This document shows positions 26,713 through 39,762 of a DNA stretch of 64,000 nucleotides, piece after piece. The position numbers and the translations under genes were made by a program. Origin of the DNA: Octopus sinensis (Eukaryota); the NCBI RefSeq assembly GCF_006345805.1, contig NC_042997.1:161572001-161636000 (forward strand), read 5' to 3'. The notes under the pieces were generated by a model. That model was not told the DNA's origin, made no database searches, and saw only the letters and a list, made by a program, of their open reading frames with translations. Within the stretch, counting starts at the first letter, position 1; the number at the start of each line of letters is the position of its first letter.

Positions 26713-27300
26713 CATTATAGAGATTCTTTCAAAAACTTAAAGGTTCTCTGTAGTAGTCAACAATTCCTATTATCCAGGTGACCTAATTAGCAGTGAAAAT
26801 AGGTGTTCCAAAACAATAGTACTCAGAGTAAGAATGTGTGGAAAAAGTTCAGGATGCTATTGCCTCCACAGACAACAAAAGGAATCTATCTCTCCCTCTT
26901 TCCCACTGAGTAGAGGATAGATTTTATGAAAGGCTTGTCAGTAGTAAGTTGAGCATGATTCTCTGGATGTGTTTTGTAAGTATGAATGATGGAAAACAAA
27001 TGGGCTGAGAGAAAAACTGAGTATAAGAACAATTAGGTGTAGTGTGCAAGAGAGAAGCCTATGCTATGAACATGTTGCATAAGAAGTCAACTACTCACCA
27101 ATGTCTTAACTATAGCCAGATTTGTTGGTTATAGTTAATGCATAATTTATGGGAAAGAAAATGGGAAATTATGGTGGTAATGCTTATAAAATTAAAAACT
27201 TCCAATCACATATCTCAGCTTGAGCTCAGACTTATCTGACAAGGAAAATATTTGCCATTTACAGAATTCTTTTATAACCAATAAATAATCACATACTTAC

Positions 27301-27396
27301 TATCAGGGTAATCATCATATCTTTTATCTACAGGTATATCTGGTATAATGGTGGGTTTTGCATCAAATTTCTTTCTAGCAGGCATTTCATCTGGAA
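27301..27396 (-). CDS. Exon: Pro/Asp-rich linker between the Ig block and the FN3 array
   Basis: (I)PDEMPARKKFDAKPTIIPDIPVDKRYDDYPD; ttatag|...|gtaagt; 96 nt, phase 1/1. Confidence 0.8.
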
Positions 27397-28229
27397 CTAT
27401 AAAACGATAAATGATATCTTTTATTTCATCTTTTCCTTAATTTACATATGCTCTTATCTTTTCCATAATTTACATTGTATATTAATTTATACATAAATGT
27501 ATGCATTAAGTACAAATATATAAATATATGATGTGATGTGTGTGTGTGTGTGTGTGTGTTTTGATGCATGAGCATGGACAAGAATGTAAGTATGAATGCA
27601 TGAATCCACCTGGAGAAGTAAGAAGATATCTTCAAACAATTATCTACATCCTTCACTTATCCTGCTCCTTTGACAATGATATCACCAACCAATTATGAGA
27701 AGCTTACAGAAAACTTGAAATCTTACCACACCATGACTTTCATAAGCATAAACATATCCAGAAGCTCAAAACTAAAAAATCATGGTGTGTCAATCTGTTA
27801 TAATCTTTACACTATTCTATGATTGTGAAACATCGGTAGCATATCAACATCAAATACACCCACTTGAGAGGTTTCATAAGGAAACTTGAGACTTAATTTG
27901 AACTATGATCAATGGATGAAGTACTGGCAAAAATAAAAACCATAAGACTTAAACCATTAACTCCAATAGTTGAGATATGCAAAAAGGATGCTAGACATGA
28001 AAATACCCACACAGATCCTTTACTTTGAGCCTCTTGACAGTCATCATCCAAGATGTGCATCAGAGAAATGCATCTGTGATTCAATCAAGAAAACCATGCC
28101 ATTTCAATAACTGTGCATAGTTTACTATTGACATTTCAACTATTACACATTTCAAGTACTGTGCACCTTCTTTTATATATCCCAGATCATTATATTTAGA
28201 CCGTTTTGTTTATATTTTATGAAAATCTT

Positions 28230-28430
28230 AACAAAAGTATCCTTTCATAATGTGTGTGATTATGTCTTCCACATCACAGTAGCTTCTAATATTTGCCTCC
28301 TCAGGATTAATCTCCTTATGGATTTTGTTGTATAATATTCTAGCTATGATATCACATCTCATCGCCAGGTAATGCCATGATAACATTTTTGGACAACTTC
28401 TTAAAATGCTAGTAACATCCACTGTTGGTT
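28230..28430 (-). mobile_element. Highly decayed R4/Dong-like non-LTR fragment
   Basis: DVTSILRSCPKMLSWHYLAMRCDIIARILY resembles the HI.S.CPKLA..EY..RHD.VA motif. Confidence 0.5.
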
Positions 28431-28634
28431 GGTCCATCTGTCTGTTTGTGTATGCTTGCATGTGCACATGTATAAATCGATGCAGGTGTGGATATCATTG
28501 CATATGTGAGCCTGTATGCATTAACCTCTGTATGTGACACAAACATATATTTATTAAATGCTAAACTTATTTTCAAAATGTAATTGTTTAATCAATAAAT
28601 GTTACGTTTATGATTTACTGAATAAAAAGCTTAC

Positions 28635-28807
28635 TTTCAAAATTCAAACTTCCAGATGTAATAGCTCTTCCTGCTCTGTTGGTAATAACACATGCATACA
28701 TTCCAAGATCAGTAGGTTGGACATTCTCTATGCCCAAATAGCAGTTGCCTTCAAATTCAGTTAACTTAAAGCGTGGATCTGGTTGAAGAGGATATCCATC
28801 TTTTGTC
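28635..28807 (-). CDS. Exon: C-half of Ig5
   Basis: (W)TKDGYPLQPDPRFKL...CYLGIENVQPTDLGMYACVITNRAGRA. Confidence 0.92.
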
Positions 28808-28946
28808 CTGTGAAATATATCAAATATTTTTTTTTTAATTGCAATATATTTATTTTTTTATCCTGAAAACAATGCCTGTTACCAGGTTTATTAGTAAAGA
28901 ATTATCATTCATTCATTCATACATACATACATACATACATACATAC

Positions 28947-28990
<44 letters not shown>

Positions 28991-29351
28991 ATACAGGTTA
29001 CTGCAAGTGCAACCATAACTTGATGTTTGTATTTTCTCAGACAAGCTCACATAGATAAAAGTTGATTTCAATGATATAGAATTATCTCTTGAATAGGCTA
29101 TTTATTATGAAGATATGCCAATAATATATAAAGTAAAAGTGCTTTTATTACCTATGTTATAATTTTTTTTATTTTGTTAATCTGTTCACATATGTCTGTG
29201 GTTATCACACATAAGCTGAGATTAACTTACTTATAAAATCACTTAAAATTCAAAGTTTTATTTTTAGAATGGTGGTATAAGATGACCCCAAATTTTTAGT
29301 GTAAATTTTAGAATTTAAAGGTCATCTTATAAGTGTAAATATATAGTGTAT

Positions 29352-29407
<56 letters not shown>

Positions 29408-29409
<2 letters not shown>

Positions 29410-29735
29410 AGTAAAGACCCTCTTCAGTCGTGAAGGATCATGGGATTGCACCTAGAAAGTTCCCATTCAAGGAACAAGTCCGGGCAAATTGTTTATGGAA
29501 GATCAGTAGTCACTCATGCATACCAGCTGCCCCTCTCCATGCCAGCAATGTTAACCAAGGAAAAAAGCGAAGACTGATACAGCTTTGGCACTAGTGACAT
29601 AGCAACTCATTTCTAAAGCTGAGTCAACTGAAACAATGTGAAATAAAGTGTCTTGCTCAAGAACATAGCACACAGCCCAGTCTGGGAATTAAACTCACTA
29701 CCTCATGACTTTGAGCTTGATATCATGCAACTTCA
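29408..29735 (-). mobile_element. tRNA-derived SINE of a second family
   Basis: Minus strand has GAGTTTAATTCCCAGACTGGGC-TGTGTGCTATGTTCTTGAGCAAGACACTTTA (B-box-like motif followed by a SINE core-like motif); flanked by (TA)n. Confidence 0.6.
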
Positions 29736-29774
29736 TATATATATATATATATTATATATATATATATATATATC

Positions 29775-30192
29775 CCGCTGTTCTTGAGGAGACCTATTGA
29801 GCCAAGTGCGTTAACACCAACATCAAAATGAAAATCAAATGGAAATTGTAGTTAAGATACCCGTGCTGGTGACACATTAAAAGCACCGTCTGAACATGGC
29901 AGATGCTAGCGCCTCCTGACTGGCGTCCGTGTTGGTGACACGTAAAAGCACCAACCGATCATGGCCATTTGCCAGCCACCTCTGGTCCATGTGCCGGTGG
30001 CACGTAAAAAGCACCCACTACACTCACGGAGTGGTTGGCGTTAGGAAGGGCATCCAGCTGTAGAAACACTGCCAGATCAGACTGGAGCCTAGTGCAGCCT
30101 CCTGGCTTCCCAGACCCTGGTCAAACCGTCCAACCTATGCTAGCATGGAAAACGGACGTTAAACGATGATGATGATGATGATGATGATGATG

Positions 30193-30194
<2 letters not shown>
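29775..30194 (+). mobile_element. RTE LINE 3' end
   Basis: Same tail sequence (GTGGTTGGCGTTAGGAAGGGCATCCAGC...AACGGACGTTAAACGATGATGAT). Confidence 0.88.
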
Positions 30195-30223
<29 letters not shown>

Positions 30224-30693
30224 TTATAATACTTTTAAAGAAAAAGTTATTTTTTTGATCTTCAGATTTCATTTTATAGTGAAGACTGTTATCTTGAATT
30301 GTGTTTAACTGTGCGTTGAAATAGGCTCCTGCATGGTTTCCTTTGGTGTACTAAAACTTTGCGTAGTGAATTATTACATAATTGTTATTGGACAACACCA
30401 CTTCTCAGCGTTTAAGTTCACTTAGAGTAAGATTGGATCAAATACTTAAAAGCAACTTCTTTATAATCTAACTTTTAATTACATATCCCAATACATTACC
30501 AGTTATTTTCTATTTTGATATTGATAAATACCAAGGAAATATCTTTGTCACAGTTCTTCCTTTGAAATTTGTATCTAATGTTTTAGTAAAATGCAAATAG
30601 TAAATTAAAAATGTGCATTAATCAGAAAAAAAACCTTTCAAATATGTTATTAAACATTGTAGCATATCAAGATAAAGCAAAAGTATAGTTTAC

Positions 30694-30825
30694 CAGAATA
30701 CTTCAACATCGGGTATACCAATAGCTCTGCATTCAAACCTAACAGAAGAACCTTCTTTAACAAACAGATTTGGAAGACGTTTTGAAAATGATGGTGGTAA
30801 ATCATAGATGGATTTTTTGGTCTCT
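30694..30825 (-). CDS. Exon: N-half of Ig5
   Basis: PPSFSKRLPNLFVKEGSSVRFECRAIGIPDVEVF(W); phase 2/2. Confidence 0.92.
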
Positions 30826-32067
30826 CTGAAACAAAAAAAAAAAAAAAAATTAAGAGTATTATTCACTGATTTCCTTCAGTTATTTATAAACATTAATTCA
30901 TTTTACTGTTCACTTTGTAATATAGAAAACGATAGCAAGAAGTTTAAATAAGAAAGGTTGTCATAAACATAAATATCTTGTTACATTACTCTGAAAGCAT
31001 AACCTGTAAACAAATTATTTTAATTTAAGATATTTAAGAATATCATCAAAATCAGTAATATGAAATCTAGTTAATATATCACAATTACATATTTAATAAA
31101 TACAATAATAATAGTTTCAAATTTTGGCACAGAGCAGTTTTTGATGGAAGTTGTCAAGATTGACTCCAGTACTTGGCTAGAACTTATTTCATTGATCTCA
31201 AGAAGATGAAAGGCAAAGTTGACCTTGATGGAATTTGAACTCAGAATGTAGAGATGGTCAAAATGAACAACACACGTAGAAAAAGACGATGCAACCAATT
31301 CTGTCTTTTAATTTTCCTGCAGTTATTACTCTTGAACTGTATATGCAACTATGTATTTTTTTTTTTTTGCTCAGGAGCTCGGGTGAAGGGTAGAGTTAGA
31401 GACAGGGGCTCCAGGTCTGAGGGGGTTAACATCCATAATATCTATATGAAAAAGGGGAACAAATTTTTGTGCTCTAACATGGAATAGCATTCTGTACATT
31501 GCCAGGAAAATGCTGGCCAAATATATACTCCGAAACCTTTTCTAATCAATATCCTAAAATGTCCCACCAGAGTCACAGTATAGCTTCCTTAAGGATTAAA
31601 GCAGTCAGCATGGTATTCATTGTAAAGTGGCTTCAGAATAACTGCAGGGATCACCATCAGAACCTGTTCATTGCATTTTGACTCTATCAGCAAGGTATTT
31701 ATGTGGGATATTCCCCAAAAGTTTGGTTGCTTTCCTAAAATTTTTATTCTTCTCTGCTAGTTCCACATAGGGATGGTGACTTGAGTTGTTGTTGGATAGT
31801 AGAAATCCAGCCTGTCAGTCGAATAACAAGAGTTAGACAAAGCAGTATGTTTGCCCCTGCACTGTTTAATGTGTGAGCATACTGATATGCAGACAGATTG
31901 AAAGAGAAGCAAGATACTATCAACTTCAAATTCAACAGAACCTTTACAATGTCAGAATTCTGCAGGCTGCTACCAACAGTTTTTGATATGTGAGTGTAAG
32001 TGTGTGTGTGTATGTAGTGAGCTGGGAGGTTTGTGTATTGGTTCAACTTATAAAGAATTTCACTTAC

Positions 32068-32234
32068 TTAGGTGGGGATACATCATCTTTTACTGTTAGT
32101 TTGGCTGAGGTTGTTAATTCTCCTTTCGGATTTGAAGCTTTACATGTATATTCTCCTTCATCATCAGGGTGAACATCATAGACAAATAGGGAATGTTTCT
32201 TGCCATCTGATTCAATTTTGTAATGATCAGAACT
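32068..32234 (-). CDS. Exon: C-half of Ig4
   Basis: SSDHYKIESDGKKHSLFVYDVHPDDEGEYTCKASNPKGELTTSAKLTV; not in the ORF track. Confidence 0.92.
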
Positions 32235-32489
32235 CTAAAAAATTATATAAATTTTGATATTAATTTTTAATGTAGACATAAGGCTGTACAATTCTGAGGA
32301 GAGAGTTTTAGTTATCATTGAAATCAGAACATAATGGGACTTAACGTATAGTTTTGATATAAAGGGAAAAAAAATGCATAACAAATTGCTATGCTTTATT
32401 CATTATTTGCTTTGATTTATTTTATTTATTTGTTTATATATTTATTTTGAGGAAAATATTTATGTAAATACTAAATATTTTGTTCTAAC

Positions 32490-32959
32490 CTTAATCTCTT
32501 TTCCCTTGAAGTACCATTTAATTTCTGGCTGTGGATCTCCGAGAGTTGTGCATTCAAAACAGACATTACGTCCTTTATGTACTCTAGTGTCATCCAGTTT
32601 GCGAATGAATTTTGGTTCTCTCTCATAGATATCATGAGGTTTCTCAGATTTTACAGTTATTCTTGCACTGCATATTGCCTCTCCAAGGGGATTACTAATG
32701 CGGCAGGTATATACACCAGTATCTGCTAGGGACAGTTTTTTCAATTTTAAGGAACACATGTCTCCATCTCTAGTAACAACAAAATCTTCTGTTGGACCAA
32801 TTTCATAGTCATTAACTAGCCACATTACAAATGGATCAGGATATCCTGAAATTTTGCACTTTAGTTCGGTCATTGTTCCTTCCATTATAGATTTGTCATC
32901 AAATCTTTCAATGAATCTTGGAGCTTTTTGTTCTTTGGTACGATCAACTGTTTCAACAG
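32490..32959 (-). CDS. Exon: Ig3 and N-half of Ig4
   Basis: APRFIERFDDKSIMEGTMTELKCKISGYPDPFVMW...DTGVYTCRISNPLG...PKFIRKLDD...CFECTTLGDPQPEIKWY. Confidence 0.93.
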
Positions 32960-33299
32960 CTAAAATAAGAAAATATCCAGGTTATACATGTAATAGGGAA
33001 ATTTCATTCAAAATGTCACAAGAAAATATAATTAAGATTTATGACTTTTTCTAAAACTTCTGCATCAAACAATATACATAAAATTTATCTCTTAAAAAAT
33101 ATACATGCAGCAACACATATCTAAATATTTGGTTCTCCTTGTTTTAAAATGGTGTTTTGACTGCATTAAGCTGATAGATATTAAAAGCTTTTGAGTAAAT
33201 TAATAATATTATATTTAATTTAAGTTAAATTAAATATAACAGAAAATCCCATTAAGTAAATTTTGTATTCCATGTTTTTTTCTTTTTCGTTTTTCTTGT

Positions 33300-33690
33300 T
33301 TCAGCTCAGAGCTGAGGCCATGCTGATGCAACACCGTTTTGTGCTACACTGTTATTACTAAGAGCCTCCTCTAATATGTGGCACTTGGTGAAGAATGGAG
33401 TTTGATATAGCTACCCTCATTTGCACCTCTTGCCGTGAGGTAGGTTCATCTGGGACTCTTGACAGGAAGATGTCCAGCTTTGATTTAAAAACCGCTACAT
33501 CTACTTTGTACAAGTTCCTCAGACTCTTTGGGAGAATATTAAAAAGCTGTGGGCCCCTGAAACCCAGGCTGTTGCAGTAGCTGGTCCTGAAGTGTGATGG
33601 CATTGCTGGGATCTTTGGCACTATGTAGTGTCATCCCGTTCTAGCATTGGTGTAGCTTACAATGCCAAAATTTGGCACAATTCCTTCCAT
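33300..33690 (-). mobile_element. 3' end of a CR1-group LINE ORF2
   Basis: NSLGFRGPQLFNILPKSLRN...FKSKLDIFLSRVPDEP matches the LINE C-terminal WN.LP...FK..LD.FL pattern. Confidence 0.75.
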
Positions 33691-34369
33691 TGAATTTATA
33701 AATTTAGACAACCTAAATATTTCAAATTAAAACTTCTTACACCATATGAAATAATTCCAATTTGGAAATGATTTCTATATGTAAATTTCTCTTTACATCA
33801 GAATGTAGAGTGCATTAGTTTTCTCCCTAATACAAAAAACATATATCTGTTTATGACACCAAATAGTACAGACTAGTGCTGTTCCTATTGCTTCTTCAGG
33901 CCTATAAATCAGTGTAAGCTTTCCAAACACTTTGTGATTATATAATGGTGAGATTTACTTGTACATGGTACTTATTTATAGATAAATGATCTGAATCAGT
34001 TATTGTTACATCTGTCAATATTGCTGGTAAGCAATATAAACTCCAAGCATTAAAGTCAGCAGTTAACTCCAACACTGACCTACCGTTCCAAACACACGCA
34101 TGCCGACACCATCACACACTGATTTGATGTGATATATATTAATAAATTACTTTTACAAGGAAAAGTTTTGACAGTTACTTCAGCTTCCATCAGACTGTCA
34201 AATGAAGGCTACATAGCCAAAACTTTGAAGTAACTCTTGAACTCTTTCTTTAAAAATAAAATTGATATGAAAAGTATTGAGTGATCTTTCAATTAAATAA
34301 TACAATGACTGACTTTTTATGTATAATTATACATAAAAGTAAGCATTTTATATGTATGTATGTATGTAT

Positions 34370-34580
34370 GACATGAGGTACAACTACGATTTCCTCAGTT
34401 CAACAGATCTTCAGAAGTGTGGCATATCATCCAACAGTTGAAGGGTGCTTTTAAACGGGCCAGTTATGTGACACCGGCATTGGCCATGACTACGATCTCA
34501 CTTAGCTTGCTGGGTTTTCTGAAGCACAGCATATTCTCCAGGGTCTCATTCGCTTGTCATTGTCTCTATGAAGCTCATAC
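34370..34580 (-). mobile_element. RTE 3' UTR repeat fragment
   Basis: Reverse-complement similarity to the 42710-43100 repeats. Confidence 0.6.
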
Positions 34581-35538
34581 GTGCACACACATACACACAC
34601 ATATATATATATGATAAATGAAAATGACCTAACAGAAATAACTGAAAGTGCTCAGTGCCATATATTTGAACAGCAAAGATGAATAGAGGTATTTTAAATA
34701 CCATACAAGATGAATTCTCGATCACCACTTTCAGAGAAGATAAAACAATCACTTGGTTATAATTAGGAACAGCTCTAAAAGAGCAGAAGGAATAATCCTA
34801 CAAATCAAGAATTCTCCAAAATTAATATTCCATTAAAGAAAAGAGAGTCTAATTGTCTAGAGATAAGATAACAGCTGTGGACATGTTACCGCTTCAGCAA
34901 GCATCACCAACATTGTAGTTACTCAACCTTTTTCAGAAGAATGTGACAGACATATACAAAAAAAGAGTAGAATACATTTATGGCGTAGCTAAAAGATGTA
35001 ACTCAGAGTCACCTGTAACAAGCATTTATCTGCACTCTAAAAGTAGCAAATGAATTTGCAACCAATTTGTCTGGCAAGGTAAAATTAAAGAAAACTAAAC
35101 AGAAACAATGACGTATTTAAGGGGACATAATTCCCATTTTTTTTTATTAGCTGAGTTAACTCCCTTGTATTTCTTGTTCTCACGTGAAAGCGTTTCAAAT
35201 ATATATAAAATGTTCTTCATTGGACAAATACTGAATTTTTGTCAGTTGCAATGTGGTGTCCGATAAGAAGTTCAAGTTAATTGTATAAGGAGTTCTTTAC
35301 AAGTTATAAGTTTGTGATTGTGTGTATATATAGGAAATGGGTAAATTTTTATAGTCATATATTGTATATGAAAGAATGTCATAAAATGTTACATTTATGA
35401 TGACATACCTAACTAGGATCTGATAGTGCCAAATTTGATCAAATAAGCATTATTAACATCATTTGAAGATGTGTAATTTGTGTGACCATGTAACATCAGA
35501 ATAACTGTTAGTCTGTGACGGGTGGAATTTTTCTGTAT

Positions 35539-35807
35539 GACTGGCTTCCGTGCCGGTGGCACGTTAAAAGCACCAACCAATCGTGGCCGATGCCAGACTC
35601 CCCTGGCACCTGTGCCGGTTGCACGTAAAAAGCACCCACTACACTTGCAGAGTGGTTGGCGTTAGGAAGGGCATCCAGCTGTAGAAATATTGCCAGATCA
35701 GACTGGAGCCTGGTGCAGCCCCTGGCTTCCCAGACCCCGGTTGAACCGTCCAACCCGTGCTAGCGCGGAAAATGGACGTTAAACGATGATGATGATGATG
35801 ATGATGA
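35539..35807 (+). mobile_element. RTE LINE 3' end
   Basis: Same tail plus (GAT)n. Confidence 0.88.
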
Positions 35808-36949
35808 AGCATCTATTAAAGAAGTCGCTTCAGTTATAGCTCCACAACCTTATACAGTAGTGGCATTTTCATATCTCAGTATACGTATATTCTGGATCTT
35901 TTGAGAGTTCTTCACCTGATGCTCTCCTAAATGAGCAGCATGTGTATTCTCATCATTTCTCAAAGCCACTTGATTCACCTTTTTCTCCTCATATCTGACG
36001 TGTCTCATCAGTCAAATCTCTATACAAAATGATTTCAAAAACCATAATTTCCAGAACTAAAGTCCACTAGAACTACCTCCAAACTTTAGTCTGGTCTATT
36101 GATTTCAACCTACAGAAATTTCTGCTAAACATCAGTATATCAACCTCCTTATTCTAATGTCCACCTCAAAAAATATAAATGAGTAACATCCAACAACGAA
36201 AAATAATATAATTCCACTACCACTGCTTTAATTATGAATAATTTATCACTAAAGCTCTTATGATCCTTTTTCATATTAGGAATAACTGTTTGAACTACTA
36301 AATCTCTAGTATACTGAAAATTGCATCATATGGATTAGGTTTTCATTTCAAAATAAGTCTTTTAGCATATGGGTGGTTAGTGCATTAAAATATAAGGAGT
36401 AGCACACTTATTCACTAACATATTAAACAATATTCAGGAAAATTCCATCAAGCTGATAGTTTTTTCTTTTTCTTTTTCTTTTTTATCATCATTACATTAG
36501 CTTACATCACAATCAATGCATCAGCAACACCAACATCATGTATTAGTTATAGCATGTAGTACTTTTTGAACCTCACACAAAACACTTTTTCTAGAATTAC
36601 ATCCCTACCCACATTTATTTCATTATATATTATCACAGTTAAAACTAAACACCAATTACATAACATTCTGAATGATTTTGAAATAGAGATGAATATATTT
36701 TTTTAAATAAACATTAATTGTTCTTATATTGCACAAACAAATCTCCCATTTTGTTTTTACATTTATAAACAATGCTTTTCTGGTTTTGGATTAACAAAAG
36801 ATATATGCCACCCCCAACAAAAAAATGGAATCATAACTAAAAGCATCTGCATAAATTATTTTCAATTCTCTACTCATAGGAGAAAGTGTATAATACTCCC
36901 TAATCAATAAATAATTCTAAAATTTTAAAGATTCTAATTTATAACTTAC

Positions 36950-37125
36950 GGATCACATTTAAATATGCTTCAGTGTAAGCTTCTCCAAATTCATTTTTAG
37001 CCCAGCATATATATCGTCCTTTGTCTTCAAGCTTTACAACAGGTATTATCAAAGAATAAATATTATCATTTATATTTTGTAACTGGATTCGCTCATCTGC
37101 TTCAATGACTTTTCCTTCTTTCATC
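36950..37125 (-). CDS. Exon: C-half of Ig2
   Basis: (W)MKEGKVI...YSLIIPVVKLEDKGRYICWAKNEFGEA. Confidence 0.92.
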
Positions 37126-37980
37126 CTGAAAAGTAAAAAAACCGAATTATTTAGATGGAAGACAAATATTTATGCATTTAAATAAATGAGTATAGTTATA
37201 AATAATATTAAACATTTAGCTTAACTTATGAAAAATACTTCTAGATTATAGTTTAAACAGAAAAAAATAAATTTTTTGTTATAGTTGCATACACTTTTTT
37301 GGTGACATTGTATTTACTGTCTTGTCATTACCATCATCATTGTAATTATCATCAATTTCATCATTGTTTCAATGTTTAATTTTTCTGATTGCCACAATCT
37401 GAATATCTATATCACTTCTTTGTGTCTTTTGACCTCAAATCTAAGACCTGACCTTAATACTTGATCCTGTTTCCTTCTTTCCCATAAGCACCTTCAACTG
37501 TCAGTATACAGCACTTTTCCATTCAATATCCATCAGTCACTTGCATCACATAACAGCATAAGTGCAGTCAGTTCTCCTGCATTTATCAGCTGATATTTTT
37601 GATACTAAATTACTCCTTAGCATAAATGGGCACTGACCACCATGTACATTACCATTAAGATAACCATGAAATATTCACTGAATTTACCTCATTTCTGCCC
37701 AGTTTTCACTGTATTCCACATTCAATACCCAACTTTCAATACCATACAGTGTAACACTTTTTGCACATTTCTATGAATGGCACTTTAATTATTATCCATC
37801 CCTTTAATCTAGTTATAATATTATCACTACTAATAGTTTAAACATTAATTAGAACAGGTAAGTAACATAAATATCAATTACTTCTAGTGAGCTAGCTGAG
37901 CAATTCACAGGTATAACTAAAAGAGTCTATGTCACACATTAATGTTATAATGATAGGTAAGGGAAAATATTAATACAAAC

Positions 37981-38920
37981 CATGTAACTATTGGATCTGG
38001 TGTAGCCACAACACGGCATTCAAACTTGGCTACTTTACCCTCTTCAACCAAACAATCATCCATCTTCAGAATATACTGAGGTTGTTCTCCTTGTACTATA
38101 ATGCCTTCATCTTCAGATGGTACTGCTACTTCTGGTACTTTTTCCTCTGGTTTCTTAATCTCAGCAGCAACTTCTGGTACTGCTACTTCTGGTTTCTTAA
38201 TCTCAGCAGCGACCTCTGGTACTGCTACTTCTGGCTTCTTAATCTCAGCAGCGACCTCTGGTACTGCTACTTCTGGTTTCTTAATCTCAGCAGCAACTTC
38301 TGGTACTGCTACTTCTGGTTTCTTAATCTCAGCAGCGACCTCTGGTACTGCTACTTCTGGTTTCTTAATCTCAACAGCGACTTCTGGTACTGCTACTTCT
38401 GGTTTCTTTATCTCAGCAGCGACCTCTGGTACTGCTACTTCTGGCTTTTTGATCACAGCAGCGACCTCTGGTACAGCTACTTCTGGCTTTTTAATCTCAG
38501 CAGCGACCTCTGGTACTGCCACTTCTGGCTTTTTAATCTCAACAGCGACCTCTGGTACTGCAACTTCTGGCTTTTTAATCACAGCAGCGACCTCTGCTAC
38601 TGCTACTTCTGGTTTCTTTATCTCAGCAGCGACCTCTGGTACTGCTACTTCTGGCTTTTTAATCTCAGCAGCGACCTCTGGTACTGCAACTTCTGGCTTC
38701 TTTATCTCAGCAGCGACCTCTGGTACTGCTACCTCTGGCTTTTTAATCTCAGCAGCGACCTCTGGTACTGCAACTTCTGGTTTCTTAATCTCAGCAGTAA
38801 CCTCTGGTACTGCTACTTCTGGCTTTTTAATCTCAACAGCAACCTCTGGTACTGCAACTTCTGGTATTTTACTATCAGTAGTATCTTCTGGCTTAGGTGA
38901 TACTTTCTCTTCTGGGATTC
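37981..38920 (-). CDS. Exon (940 nt): PEVK-like tandem repeat plus N-half of Ig2
   Basis: (R)IPEEKVSPKPED...(KKPEVAVPEVAAEI)n...VEEGKVAKFECRVVATPDPIVTW; cttag| acceptor, |gtttgt donor, phase 1 to 2. Confidence 0.92.
38119..38866 (-). repeat. Coding minisatellite, 42-bp unit x about 17-18, encoding KKPEVAVPEVAAEI
   Basis: The unit TTAATCTCAGCAGCGACCTCTGGTACTGCTACTTCTGGTTTC recurs every 42 bp on the plus strand. Confidence 0.97.
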
Positions 38921-39457
38921 CTAAGAAAAGTGATATTTTATATTTAATTTTTAATTATATAAAAAAAATTGAAATAAGAAGAACATACAATTTATTATTT
39001 TTTAAATCATTATTTACACCATCTACAGCAAGATCTGAAATGAATATTTGCATATTTATTCTTAACACATATAGGCAGATTTAGACACAAAATATGTTGG
39101 GCACCATAGTATATGTCTGTATGTCATTGGAGAATAACTTCTCACTTCTGTGAGAACTATGTATTCAATACACTTGTCTCAATAGAATTCTGGTACAGTC
39201 TATACAATTTATTTTGCTGTGCTTCAAGCATTTGTTTAGTAATTTATAACTAAATAGTAATGAAGTTACTACATGTTTTACTATATATAGTTGAGTAGCA
39301 ATCTTAATATAATCAAACTTAATCAAGCAAAGTCTTTTTTGCTATTAAATGTAGTAAGGAATGAGTTCCCCAAAATGTTAGTGCAGACAACAAATGCTGT
39401 CTACAACATTAAAGTAAGTTATTTCTATCTTAACCCTATTTGTCAACTCCTTTTCAA

Positions 39458-39498
<41 letters not shown>

Positions 39499-39525
39499 TA
39501 ATAATATCATATTAAATGTTCTTAC

Positions 39526-39762
39526 TTTCTAAGATAGTAACTTCAGCAGTGCATTCAATAGAGCCATGTGCATTTGTTGCTTTTACTGTGTACATTCCAG
39601 CAACTAATTTTGATGTATCCTTGATTGAGAGTGTGTGAATTTCACCATTGTCAATAAGTTTAACATTATCTGACTCTTTGATGATGTTATCTTCTTTAAA
39701 CCATGTTACAGCTGGAGCAGGCATGCCAGTGACAACACAATCCAAAGTAACTGGAGATCCTT
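39526..39762 (-). CDS. Exon: I-set Ig domain 1
   Basis: EGSPVTLDCVVTGMPAPAVTWFKE...GMYTVKATNAHGSIECTAEVTI. Confidence 0.93.

Noticed and set aside
31330-31990. GC-richer block ending in a minus-strand poly(A), probably an old LINE 3' end (similar relics near 37500-37800, 40620-40800 and 48800-49200)
   Set aside because: Too decayed to assign a family or boundaries by eye.
35406-35445. Possible 11-nt microexon (cag|ATCCTAGTTAG|gtatgt)
   Set aside because: It is not a multiple of 3, introduces a stop, and has a weak pyrimidine tract.
38119-38866. Regular 42-bp periodicity as a CRISPR array
   Set aside because: Units are head-to-tail with no unique spacers, the repeat is protein-coding, and the context is eukaryotic.
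38082-39084. Long plus-strand ORFs (327 aa AATSGTATSGFLIS repeat that looks antifreeze- or mucin-like, and a 272 aa W/C/Y-rich repeat)
   Set aside because: These are antisense shadows of the 42-bp coding repeat. The minus frame has splice sites and runs in frame into an Ig domain.
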